From the IMG/VR virus record IMGVR_UViG_3300020042_009788, positions 1 through 25,712 of that record: 25,712 bases of DNA. One strand, written 5' to 3'. The notes under the pieces are model-generated. The model did no database searches. It saw only the letters and a program-made list of their open reading frames with translations, and was not told the origin of the DNA. The DNA comes from a virus (lineage: Duplodnaviria; Caudoviricetes). Made by a program: the position numbers and the translations under genes. Below, piece by piece: positions 8,516 through 16,911 of this stretch (position 1 is its first letter; each line of letters begins with the position of its first letter).

Positions 8516-8777
8516 CCTCTCTTAGGTGTTGACATAATTCTTCTAATTGTTGAACAGAAGCAATAGAAGAAAGCAAACCAACTAACTCTTCAACTCCGTT
8601 TTCCCTTTTATTCATAATTAAAGCAAGTTCGTTCTCTCTTTCAACTCTACGTTCAATTAAAGGTTTTAAGACATTTTCTGTAAAATCATTACCCTTAGTT
8701 GAACATTCTTTGCAACCACAATTCTCTCTGCAAATAGTACAATCATTTTCATGGTCACCCATGTGAACGTTATGCAT
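8502..8777 (-). CDS. Small Cys/His-rich hypothetical protein
   Basis: HMGDH..DC..C...CGC..C N-terminus; abuts both neighbours. Confidence 0.65.
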   Translation of the reverse strand: MHNVHMGDHENDCTICRENCGCKECSTKGNDFTENVLKPLIERRVERENELALIMNKRENGVEELVGLLSSIASVQQLEELCQHLREDANE

Positions 8778-9218
8778 TTATTGTTCTCCCTTTTCGCTAA
8801 TAATCCAAACAATTGCATCATTACCTTGGTTAGTTTTTCTCCTACTACCACTATCAACTATCCAACCATCTTTCATCAACGAGTTCCTTGAAGCAGAAGC
8901 AGACTGATGCAACCAACCAGTACGTTGTTCAATTTCGTGGTCACATAAACCAAACATTCCTTCTGATTTAATTAACTCATAAATCTTTCTACGTTTAGTA
9001 CCACTTTTAGGAAACGCTTTACCCATAGCGTTCAAAGAAGTATCTCTAGCGTTCCTAGAAACAGAAACAACATTACGGTCAATACTTTTACGACCAGTTG
9101 TTAAAGCGTATCCAGGTTTTCCTCCGTTAGCGAACCTGCAATTAGCACAATAATTCTCGCCTCTAGGATTACCATGTTCACACTCAACAACTAACGAATC
9201 AAATAAAGGGTCACTCAT
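8778..9218 (-). CDS. Winged-helix DNA-binding protein with an N-terminal Cys motif
   Basis: Start moved to ATG 9218 (GAGGAG SD). CEHG...C..C, then IYELIK..G..GL.D.EI...GW..SASA.R..L...GWI.DSG.RR.T..G..AIVW, a phage wHTH pattern. Confidence 0.65.
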   Translation of the reverse strand: MSDPLFDSLVVECEHGNPRGENYCANCRFANGGKPGYALTTGRKSIDRNVVSVSRNARDTSLNAMGKAFPKSGTKRRKIYELIKSEGMFGLCDHEIEQRTGWLHQSASASRNSLMKDGWIVDSGSRRKTNQGNDAIVWIISEKGEQ

Positions 9219-9363
9219 TTGATTTCTCCTCGCCATCAAACCATTCATTTTCATCCTCCCCGTTGCACCTCTTACATAAAAGCGTCCAGCCTCTTGCCAC
9301 CTTTGCACCTGACATTCCACATCTTTCACAAAAAACTCGTACAAAACCTTGGTCTGTTTCCAT
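9211..9363 (-). CDS. Small zinc-ribbon protein (50 aa)
   Basis: Hand translation METDQGFVRVFCERCG...LLCKRCNGEDENEW...; two CxxC; TAATG overlap. Confidence 0.65.
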   Translation of the reverse strand: METDQGFVRVFCERCGMSGAKVARGWTLLCKRCNGEDENEWFDGEEKSNE

Positions 9364-9440
9364 TAGTTTTTTAATCTAACAAGTAAATAAAAGAAACAAA
9401 ACATTATTGTGTACATTAATCCTGTTTCAATTAAACTCAT
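9363..9440 (-). CDS. Small membrane peptide (25 aa)
   Basis: MSLIETGLMYTIMFCFFYLLVRLKN; TGATG and TAATG overlaps at both ends. Confidence 0.55.
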   Translation of the reverse strand: MSLIETGLMYTIMFCFFYLLVRLKN

Positions 9441-9805
9441 CATTTGCCTTTCTTTTGTTCTGGACCAAAAGGTGAACGCCTGCGTCTAACTTCACTCATA
9501 GGAATAACAAACCCATCACAAAGTTCACATAAAGTCATACCAGTAACAGATTTAGATTTCATGTTCCCTATTTTCCCACAACCATGACAAACGCCTGCAT
9601 TTTTATCATTAAGAGGAACAGCAATAGGAATTAAATCTTTTACATCACCAGAAATAATTTTTATCAACCCTCCAGAGATTTCATCAGTTGTTGCAATTGT
9701 GTCCCAAAGCAAACCATGAATTGGAACATCAGTTATGTTACGTTCTTTTGCAATATCGTCATCCAAAACGAACGTAACATTCACAACTGCTCGAAAGGCT
9801 CTCAT
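9440..9805 (-). CDS. Hypothetical protein with a C-terminal CxxC...CxxC
   Basis: CHGC and CELC; abuts both neighbours. Confidence 0.7.
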   Translation of the reverse strand: MRAFRAVVNVTFVLDDDIAKERNITDVPIHGLLWDTIATTDEISGGLIKIISGDVKDLIPIAVPLNDKNAGVCHGCGKIGNMKSKSVTGMTLCELCDGFVIPMSEVRRRRSPFGPEQKKGK

Positions 9806-10015
9806 TTATTTATCTGAAACCTTAACCCAAAGAGTTCCACCTTTAATTGAAGTGGAAACCTTTTTATTGTTCTTTGTTGCAAAATGCCACAAGCGACCAC
9901 GAAGCCGAGCAATTTCTGCTTTACTTGTTGGCAATTGAAACTCTTTCTCAAATGATGCAATTGATTGAGTTGTTGCAAAACGCATTTCGTCACCATTTAA
10001 TTCAGGTAAAGACAT
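9806..10015 (-). CDS. Small basic hypothetical protein
   Basis: AAGGAG SD; 69 aa. Confidence 0.7.
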   Translation of the reverse strand: MSLPELNGDEMRFATTQSIASFEKEFQLPTSKAEIARLRGRLWHFATKNNKKVSTSIKGGTLWVKVSDK

Positions 10016-10040
10016 TTACTTCTCCTTAGTTAGTTGTTAG

Positions 10041-10117
10041 TGCTCCGAAGATGGGTACGGCTCGGAACAACACCGTTACCAGAAGGAAGTGGCGAACCAC
10101 TATCTCTCTACCCAAAC
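10041..10117 (-). ncRNA. Candidate structured intergenic RNA (UUCG hairpin plus H-type pseudoknot)
   Basis: Minus strand: AGUGG-UUCG-CCACU hairpin; GGUA(A)CGGU/GCCGUACC stem whose loop UGUUCCGA can pair with downstream UCGGAGCA. Confidence 0.4.
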
Positions 10118-10351
10118 CTAACTTTCATCTTTTATCTTTGGATAAAATAGAAAGGACTGATAGATTTTTTTATAAACCTTTTCTACATCTACAATCCTTT
10201 TATTCACTTCACTGAATTCATTTGGCCAAGAGGTTTCATTTTTCTTTAAGTGTTGTTTATGAAAACTTAAAGCAAGCAAAACCTCTTGAACTTCGTTTGG
10301 TGAAAGTTCTAACTCAGTGTTTTGATTCCTTAAATCAGAAACAGACGACAT
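10118..10351 (-). CDS. Hypothetical protein
   Basis: TAATG overlap with the upstream gene. Confidence 0.7.
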   Translation of the reverse strand: MSSVSDLRNQNTELELSPNEVQEVLLALSFHKQHLKKNETSWPNEFSEVNKRIVDVEKVYKKIYQSFLFYPKIKDES

Positions 10352-10875
10352 TAGAACCCCTCTCCAAAATTAACTTGCTTTTGAGCCTTGAGAAGTGATT
10401 CTCTACGCCTTTGCCAAGGTGAATCATAGCCTTCCCAAACTTTACTTCTATTTTGGCTTTGAAGTAAATCAAGACTTTTGTTGAAGTCTTCTGCTTTTAC
10501 TAATTGTTGCCAAAAAACATCTAACACATCAACATATCCACAAGTGGCACTAGGATTAGAACCTGTGTTTATTGCGATAGCGACTTCGCAACGGTGATAC
10601 ATTGGCATGTTTTCTTTATCCTCATATCCTTTATGATTCCAAACTTTCAACGTTAAAGTTGAAAAATGAACTCTTGATAAAGGAATTGGTCTAGGAACCT
10701 TATACGTCAAATCATAAACGTAACCAGATTCACTAATTTTGTCCATAAGTTCATGACCAGCGACACGCGTTTCACCATAAAACTCTAAACCCTGACTAAA
10801 AGAGTGTTGCAAGAGTTTCTCAAACGCTTCCTTCTGGTCGTTCGTTAGTTCCAGTTCTTGACTTATTTGCTCCAT
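10351..10875 (-). CDS. Hypothetical protein
   Basis: AAGGAGG SD; 174 aa. Confidence 0.8.
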   Translation of the reverse strand: MEQISQELELTNDQKEAFEKLLQHSFSQGLEFYGETRVAGHELMDKISESGYVYDLTYKVPRPIPLSRVHFSTLTLKVWNHKGYEDKENMPMYHRCEVAIAINTGSNPSATCGYVDVLDVFWQQLVKAEDFNKSLDLLQSQNRSKVWEGYDSPWQRRRESLLKAQKQVNFGEGF

Positions 10876-11060
10876 GTTGCCTCCTTAGTTTTTGTCAACT
10901 TCCACTTTGCTTTACCTTCTACTATTTCCAGCGAACCATCAACGACATGTGCCATTAAATGGTTTTCAGGTTGTAGAAACCTTTTTTCTCCTTTTGTAAC
11001 TATGTCCAAAGTCAAACCACAAGAAGGACACATTATTTGGTCTTGGCTTTTATTTATCAT
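10863..11060 (-). CDS. Small putative zinc-binding protein
   Basis: CPSC...H...H pattern. Confidence 0.6.
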   Translation of the reverse strand: MINKSQDQIMCPSCGLTLDIVTKGEKRFLQPENHLMAHVVDGSLEIVEGKAKWKLTKTKEATWSK

Positions 11061-11214
11061 GTTTCACCATTTTCCCAAGTGAACGAATTCTTGCCAAACG
11101 TAGTTGCTCTTTAGAGTCTTCGTATCGTCCAGCCATATAAAGACCAACCAAATAGCCAACAATTGTTCCAAAAACAAATATCAGCAACGCTCCTTGAATA
11201 ATTAAACTATTCAT
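11050..11214 (-). CDS. Small membrane protein
   Basis: Start moved to ATG 11214 (AGGAGGAG SD); one hydrophobic helix followed by a basic tail. Confidence 0.7.
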   Translation of the reverse strand: MNSLIIQGALLIFVFGTIVGYLVGLYMAGRYEDSKEQLRLARIRSLGKMVKHDK

Positions 11215-11608
11215 TAACTCCTCCTGTGTTTTTGATAATACGCATTCCAACATGAACAACTTCACCATATGTACTAATTGGGCGTCCACTTAGAAATTCA
11301 TACTTTAGATTGTTCTTCAAACAATAAAGTTCAATCTTTAAGAAGAACACTTCTCTTTCATAACGTAAAGCCATATTTTTTGTATAATCATTGTTACCAT
11401 AAACGTCAATTCCACCAGCAAATTGAATTAAGGTTTTGTCATTACGACTTCTAGTAAAACCTCTACCATAATTACGACTGTAGCGGTCTTTTTCTTTATA
11501 GTAACGAACATCAATTGCCTTTGCTAACTTCTCAATTGCTTGCCAAGTGAATTCTTGGTATTGAACTTCTTCTTGACTTACTGTTCTTTCTAATGTTGCG
11601 TTTGTCAT
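11207..11608 (-). CDS. Hypothetical protein, first gene after the bipartite motif
   Basis: AAGGAG SD; 133 aa. Confidence 0.8.
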   Translation of the reverse strand: MTNATLERTVSQEEVQYQEFTWQAIEKLAKAIDVRYYKEKDRYSRNYGRGFTRSRNDKTLIQFAGGIDVYGNNDYTKNMALRYEREVFFLKIELYCLKNNLKYEFLSGRPISTYGEVVHVGMRIIKNTGGVNE

Positions 11609-11644
11609 TTCTTTCTCCTTCTGGTAGGTACTTCCTTGATACTT

Positions 11645-11700
11645 TAATTATCCAGGAATTGCAACCAAAGGTGCACAACATTTGACCTGCAAGTATATGC
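11645..11700 (-). promoter_or_regulatory. Bipartite promoter/operator motif, copy 1
   Basis: Minus strand GCAT-NN-ACTTGCAGGTCAA-N24-TCCTGGATAATTA; matches 23297-23352. Confidence 0.7.
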
Positions 11701-11711
11701 AGGGATTATGC

Positions 11712-11870
11712 TTAAAAACGTCTAATACGGCCTTTGACGGCCTCTAAAGCCTGTTGCCCTGTCCATTCAGGTGTTACGTCAATTTTATCTATTTCACGTA
11801 AAATATCGTTTTTGTATTCAGACATAATTGCAATACGAATTGAATCATAGTTTGACCAATCCGTATCCAT
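11712..11870 (-). CDS. Hypothetical protein (52 aa)
   Basis: Start moved to ATG 11870 (MDTDWSNY...) because the upstream part overlaps a better ORF. Confidence 0.6.
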   Translation of the reverse strand: MDTDWSNYDSIRIAIMSEYKNDILREIDKIDVTPEWTGQQALEAVKGRIRRF

Positions 11871-11878
11871 AACTGTTC

Positions 11879-12040
11879 CTATTCTTTGTTCCTTATAGAG
11901 AACGTTACAGCCCATAAAATTAAAGTCAAGACTATTGAGTAACCAACAACAGTTTTTGCGGAACCGTCTAAAACAACCCAGGCAATAAACATACCAAGTA
12001 GAGTCCAAGCCTGATTAAGTATGTCGCTTATAATTTTCAT
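11879..12040 (-). CDS. Small two-helix membrane protein (53 aa)
   Basis: Not in the ORF track. MKIISDILNQAWTLLGMFIAWVVLDGSAKTVVGYSIVLTLILWAVTFSIRNKE; ATGA overlap with the upstream gene. Confidence 0.8.
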   Translation of the reverse strand: MKIISDILNQAWTLLGMFIAWVVLDGSAKTVVGYSIVLTLILWAVTFSIRNKE

Positions 12041-13227
12041 TTCAACCTCCTTCTAATAGTTCCAGATGAACCACTTGCACCGCCACCAGCGCTTGAAGTT
12101 CCAGTTCCACTTATCATTGTGACAGATGTTGCTAAAGTTATCTGTCCAACAATCACGGAAGCGATAATAACTTTTTCAGATTCTTCTCTTTCAACTAAAG
12201 TCATATCAGCACCAACTTGTAGAAACGCTTCAACTGCTTGTCCAGGGTCAGAAAAGATTTCACCAATTAAAGCAACTGGGTTGTCTAAAAGTTCAAAAAC
12301 AATAACAACACCAACTTCAAGAACAACACCATCTGTGTATTCAACAAGTTGATTTGAGTCCAAGGTTTCTAGAAGTTCTAATGTTTCCTCTTCTGAAAGG
12401 TCTTCAAACACTTCCTCTAAAGGAATAATCTCATCCAATTGATATTCATAATCGGGGTTATACTGTTCTAAAGCCTCTTCTTGTATTAGTTCAATTAAGG
12501 ACTGTGGTGAATCCGTTACTTCTTCCACATTTAATTCTGTGTCAACAAATTCGTCTTCTATGTTTATTTGTTCAATTAACTCCTCTACAACCACCTGTGC
12601 TTCAACAGGTTCGGATAAAGTTATTGGTGGCTCTATTGGCTCTGGATTGTTATACTCTGGCAAAGTTGGTTCAGTTTCGACAACCGTTGGAGATGGAGTA
12701 GGAGAAGATGACGGACTTTCAATTGGTGTTGGTGTTGGCGTTGGGGTTGGTGTTAATGTCTCTTGGATATTTGTTGGTGATGGGCTTGGTGTTGGCAGGA
12801 TTAAATTAGTTTGTAGTAAAAAAGAACCAACAGGAAACTGTGTACCATTACTTACCACGTAGTTCCAAGAAGTTGCACGAATAAAATATTCTCCAGCCTG
12901 TAATGGAATAGAAATAATAGATGCTAAAACGTTTGTATTGGAATGAAGGCTGTCGTCATCATAAGCAAGACGAGTTGCGTTCTGCCAAACCTCAACCCAA
13001 GAATCAATCCAAGTACCACTATTAGATAAACCATTTACTGTTGTGATGGTTGCTTCTACGGGTTCTGTAATAGTTACTGGTAAATCAATGTAAGGAGTTG
13101 AAGAATCTAAGTTAACAGTTACTTCATCACCAAAAGCAGGAATAACCCAAATAAATAAAAATAAAAGAACACAAAAAATAATAGACAGTTTTCTCATCTG
13201 AGTCCCAAATAGGGACACAATGGTCAC
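12037..13227 (-). CDS. Secreted or membrane-anchored protein: signal peptide, PPC-like beta domain, Pro/Thr linker, acidic region, C-terminal hydrophobic segment
   Basis: MRKLSIIFCVLLFLF..AFG signal (start may be the ATG at 13197); DDDS...GEYFIRATS; (TP)n; VIIASVIVGQI...RRRLK. Confidence 0.7.
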   Translation of the reverse strand: MTIVSLFGTQMRKLSIIFCVLLFLFIWVIPAFGDEVTVNLDSSTPYIDLPVTITEPVEATITTVNGLSNSGTWIDSWVEVWQNATRLAYDDDSLHSNTNVLASIISIPLQAGEYFIRATSWNYVVSNGTQFPVGSFLLQTNLILPTPSPSPTNIQETLTPTPTPTPTPIESPSSSPTPSPTVVETEPTLPEYNNPEPIEPPITLSEPVEAQVVVEELIEQINIEDEFVDTELNVEEVTDSPQSLIELIQEEALEQYNPDYEYQLDEIIPLEEVFEDLSEEETLELLETLDSNQLVEYTDGVVLEVGVVIVFELLDNPVALIGEIFSDPGQAVEAFLQVGADMTLVEREESEKVIIASVIVGQITLATSVTMISGTGTSSAGGGASGSSGTIRRRLK

Positions 13228-13242
13228 TTATTCTATTTTAAC

Positions 13243-14856
13243 TTAAAAAGTCCATTGATTAGGTTGCGACAAACTAATAGGTGCAACCATTTCACCTTTG
13301 TAGTTTGGTGGTTCATATAACGCTAACAAAATTGCTTCTGCTCTATCAGGTGAGTTCATTCCTCTACGTTTCATATCTTTTTTACTTTCAATAACAATAC
13401 GACCAGTTGAGTCCGCTCGATAAGTTGGTGCACTCAATTGAGCCATAGCCTTTCTGTCAATATCTAATTTAATATCTTGTCTAACTTCTTCTGTTGTAAC
13501 AATTGGTTGAATAAGAGTTCTTGCGTTCCACCACATCTCTGCTCTTTGGTTTGAAAACTTTCCAGCCTCTCTTGCTCTCTGAGCAACGTTAACTGGAATA
13601 ATTATTGCTTTATGTCTTTCCTCATCACCCCAACGTTTCAAGATACCTGCAACACCCCAACCAACACCAATCGAATCTATTTTAATTATTGGTGGCTTAG
13701 AAAGATTTCTTTCCCTATGTTTGAACTCTGCTTCCCTAATGTGTTCTAAAATAACTCCAGCGACATCAACTGGATTACTATTTGCTTGACCGCTAGAACG
13801 GTGAACAATTGAAACAGTGAAACCATCAACTCTTGCTATAACAAATTCGTCTCCACCGTCTGCTGCAACGTCAACACCTAATTTTATATGTAAGTCCTCT
13901 GTTGGGGTTTCGTTGTCTACTGCTTGTTCAATCCAACTTAAAGGAATTACTTTGTTAGCAGTTATTCTTGGGAAACGAGCATGAACTCTTGCTTCAACAA
14001 AAGCACTATCGTCACCAAATTCATTAACAACATCATTAACCCAACTTTGGTCAACTAAGTGAGTACCAACAGAATGTCTTTCAACTTCTACTGGACATGC
14101 TTTACAAAACCCTGCGTTCTCTCCAGTAAAGTTAGGTGTATCAAAAGCACCAATTGTTATTACATTATAAAGTTCATTGTTACAAACTTTTTCAAACCAA
14201 GAATCTTCATTATCTGTTGGTGGGTTACCTAAAACTAAAAGTCTTGTATGTCCACCAGTCATTAACGCTTCAAGTGCTCGACCCATTGTTGAACTAATAC
14301 CACCTGCTTCATCAACAACAACAAGTAAATGTGGAGCGTGAACACCTTGTACTGCTGTTTCATCATGGTGCGCTGGTGAAAAACCAAATGCTGCTAATTC
14401 GTTACCAATTTTCCATTCAACTGTAAAAACTTCTCCAGGAAGATTATGTCGAATTGCTGTACGTCTAATATGAGGCCAAAGAACGTTTCGTACTTGTCTG
14501 AAAGTAGTTGCAGTTGTAACAACTTGAGCGGTTCCAGGAGGATGAACTGAAACCCACCACGCAACAAGTCTTGAAGCGATATGAGATTTTCCTGGAGCAT
14601 GACAAGCGGGAACAACTGTACGTTTATTATCTCTAACAGATAAAACTATTTCTTTTTGTTTAGACCAAAGGGTTTCACCTAAACCGTTCTCAATGAAACC
14701 AACAGGGTCGTCTTCATATTTAAGCCAAGGGTTCTTGAACTGGTTTTCTAAAAGTTGATTAACATATTTTTGTTCGTCAGGAGATAAACCAAGAGTAACT
14801 TTAGATAATTGGTCAGGTGGTAGTTCCAGTATCGCTTTCAATACTTGGTTGTTCAT
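13243..14856 (-). CDS. terL: Terminase large subunit
   Basis: Walker A CHAPGKS, Walker B VVVDEAG, LGNP coupling motif, nuclease motifs LGVDVA..G.D and SPDRAEA. Confidence 0.95.
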   Translation of the reverse strand: MNNQVLKAILELPPDQLSKVTLGLSPDEQKYVNQLLENQFKNPWLKYEDDPVGFIENGLGETLWSKQKEIVLSVRDNKRTVVPACHAPGKSHIASRLVAWWVSVHPPGTAQVVTTATTFRQVRNVLWPHIRRTAIRHNLPGEVFTVEWKIGNELAAFGFSPAHHDETAVQGVHAPHLLVVVDEAGGISSTMGRALEALMTGGHTRLLVLGNPPTDNEDSWFEKVCNNELYNVITIGAFDTPNFTGENAGFCKACPVEVERHSVGTHLVDQSWVNDVVNEFGDDSAFVEARVHARFPRITANKVIPLSWIEQAVDNETPTEDLHIKLGVDVAADGGDEFVIARVDGFTVSIVHRSSGQANSNPVDVAGVILEHIREAEFKHRERNLSKPPIIKIDSIGVGWGVAGILKRWGDEERHKAIIIPVNVAQRAREAGKFSNQRAEMWWNARTLIQPIVTTEEVRQDIKLDIDRKAMAQLSAPTYRADSTGRIVIESKKDMKRRGMNSPDRAEAILLALYEPPNYKGEMVAPISLSQPNQWTF

Positions 14857-15307
14857 ACGCTTCCTTCAGTCTTCTAATTTTAGCGGCTAATTGTTCTGGG
14901 TCTATTGTTAGATTAACATTAACAGGCGCTCCATTTATTCCTGTTAACTCAACTCGCGGTGACCAAGTATCAGGATAACGACGAGCCAAAAATTCTTTAA
15001 TCGCTCTCCAGTCCTTTTCCATACTGTTCTGCCAAAAAGCAACCGCTCTAATTTCAGCATGAACGGAAGCCCTTTCGACTTCTTCAAAAAAAGTTAAGTA
15101 CTGCTTTTCTGCCTTATTTGGTTTTGCATCAATGTCTAAACTTAAACGTTCAAACTCAAACTTGCCTCTACTTAACCAGTTGTAAATTGTTTGCTCAGTT
15201 AAACCAACATACTTTGCCACAGCGTTAATATAGTTACCTGCTTTTAATAGTTTAAGAATATCTGATTGCAATTCAGGGGTTAGTTTGGTTTTACGTCCAA
15301 CACTCAT
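14813..15307 (-). CDS. terS: Probable terminase small subunit (HTH)
   Basis: GRKTKLTPE, HTH with TIYNWL, DWRA...LARR.P..W and ELTG.NG.PV; directly upstream of terL. Confidence 0.8.
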   Translation of the reverse strand: MSVGRKTKLTPELQSDILKLLKAGNYINAVAKYVGLTEQTIYNWLSRGKFEFERLSLDIDAKPNKAEKQYLTFFEEVERASVHAEIRAVAFWQNSMEKDWRAIKEFLARRYPDTWSPRVELTGINGAPVNVNLTIDPEQLAAKIRRLKEAYEQPSIESDTGTTT

Positions 15308-16201
15308 TTAATTCCCTGTTAGTTGTAAGAACTCTGTTCTTGCTGCTAAGTCTGTTCTCATTAAACCAAGAGTCACACTTGTAACCATTGTACCGTTCTT
15401 TTTGATACCTCTGTAACACATGCAAGTATGACGTGATTTAATAATAACTCCAACACCTGCCGCTTCAACATGAGTATCAATAGCACTAGCAATTTCTTGA
15501 GTTAAACGTTCTTGAACTTGTAAACGTTTAGCAAAAGTATCAACAACGCGAGCAAGTTTAGATAAACCCACAACTCTTCCTTTTGGAATATAAGCAACTG
15601 ACGCTGTTCCCTCAAAAGGTAACATGTGATGCTCACACATACTAACAAATGGAACATCTCTTAAAACAATCATTTGGTCGTAAGGAACATCAAAAGTGAC
15701 ACCAAGAATAAGTGAAGGGTCCTCAAAATATCCTTCTGTCATTTCTTTCAACGCTTTAGTAACTCTGTGAGGTGTTTTAATTAAACCATCTCTATCGGGG
15801 TTCTCGCCAATGAATTGTAATAATCTTCTAACTGCGTCTTGAGGACTTCCATCATCTTTTTCCCAAGGGAAAGATAACCAGCCTTCTAATTCTTTTGCTT
15901 CAGGTGCTAAATCTTTTGGTGACTTTGGTTTACGATAAAAAGCGTCAACATAAAAGCCTTTATCTTTGAACTCTTGTAAAGTTTTTCCACTATCAACTAA
16001 ATCGTCAATAATTAAAGTTTCACCAACAACAGGGTCGTTTGTTACATTTACACCTAAATAGTTTGCTAATAAAACTGCTGGAACAGTTCCACCTTGTAGA
16101 ACACCATGAATACTCTTAAAAGAAGTACCGTCTAATCTTTCAGCAACCTTTTCAGCCTCTTGCCAAATATCGTCCCAAGAAATGTTTATTATGTTAGCCA
16201 T
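15308..16201 (-). CDS. folE: Phosphoribosyltransferase (Gpt-like) / GTP cyclohydrolase I fusion
   Basis: Start moved to ATG 16201 (TGATG overlap). N-domain ISWDD, LIIDDLVDSGKTL (PRPP loop), WLSFPWE; C-domain TPHRV, SMCEHH.LPF.G, GLSKLAR, RLQVQERLT, HTCMCYRG. Confidence 0.92.
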   Translation of the reverse strand: MANIINISWDDIWQEAEKVAERLDGTSFKSIHGVLQGGTVPAVLLANYLGVNVTNDPVVGETLIIDDLVDSGKTLQEFKDKGFYVDAFYRKPKSPKDLAPEAKELEGWLSFPWEKDDGSPQDAVRRLLQFIGENPDRDGLIKTPHRVTKALKEMTEGYFEDPSLILGVTFDVPYDQMIVLRDVPFVSMCEHHMLPFEGTASVAYIPKGRVVGLSKLARVVDTFAKRLQVQERLTQEIASAIDTHVEAAGVGVIIKSRHTCMCYRGIKKNGTMVTSVTLGLMRTDLAARTEFLQLTGN

Positions 16202-16911
16202 CAGTGTCCTCGTTTCGCTCCCCAAGTTAAAACTTGAAGTCTTGTAGTTAGATTCCAACCTCTTGCAATTACTTCATCAGCGATACTAACAAGATGTTTG
16301 TTTAATTCTTCAACTGAGCGACCTTCAGGCATAATCCAAATGTTGTTATGACTTAAAGAAGCCTCAGTAATAATATCTTCAACCTCATCTAAATCAGAAG
16401 GCTGTTGAACAACGAACTTGAAAATTGCTTTATCTGTTAACTCTAAAGTTCTAAGAACTGCTGGTTTGAAACGTTTATTTTTTATCACACCAGAATGTTC
16501 AAGTTTAGGCGAGCAGTTAAACATTGAAACAAAAGGAACTAAACCTGCTGGAGGACTAACTGTTCCGTTAGTTTCAATTTCAATATCAATGTTATGTTCT
16601 GTTAACTGTCCACATAAACTAATAAGGTTAGGTCCTTGCATTAAAGGCTCTCCACCGCTAATAACAAGACGAGGAACATTATTTTTAATTAAATAATCTA
16701 GTACTTCTGTTTCAGATATATGGGACTGTTCATCTTCTTTTTTGTAAGACTTACCGTTTGCCCCGTTCCAATCCCAAGTGTAAGGAGTGTCGCACCATTT
16801 ACAAGTGAGATTACAATTACTTAAACGAAGGAAGCAACAAAGGCGACCTGCTGTTGGTCCTTCGCCTTGAACTGTTGGTCCAAAGATTTCTGAGATTATT
16901 AAACTACTCAT
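16201..16911 (-). CDS. queE: 7-carboxy-7-deazaguanine synthase (radical SAM)
   Basis: EIFGPTVQGEG, CNLTCKWCDT (CxxxCxxC), SGGEP, IETNGT, CSPK. Confidence 0.95.
   Translation of the reverse strand: MSSLIISEIFGPTVQGEGPTAGRLCCFLRLSNCNLTCKWCDTPYTWDWNGANGKSYKKEDEQSHISETEVLDYLIKNNVPRLVISGGEPLMQGPNLISLCGQLTEHNIDIEIETNGTVSPPAGLVPFVSMFNCSPKLEHSGVIKNKRFKPAVLRTLELTDKAIFKFVVQQPSDLDEVEDIITEASLSHNNIWIMPEGRSVEELNKHLVSIADEVIARGWNLTTRLQVLTWGAKRGH

Noticed and set aside
9219-9344. N-terminal 42 residues of track ORF 8778-9344
   Set aside because: Overlaps a better zinc-ribbon ORF (9211-9363), and a strong SD precedes ATG 9218
10077-10087. 11-bp inverted match (TACCAGAAGGA) to the SD region near 11616-11626
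   Set aside because: Short, partly an SD-like purine run, and compatible with chance; no support for inversion or antisense control
11871-12008. N-terminal part of track ORF 11712-12008
   Set aside because: Overlaps the coupled membrane-protein ORF 11879-12040 in another frame
12680-12800. GGTGTT-like tandem repeats
   Set aside because: Explained by the Pro/Thr linker of the 12037-13227 protein
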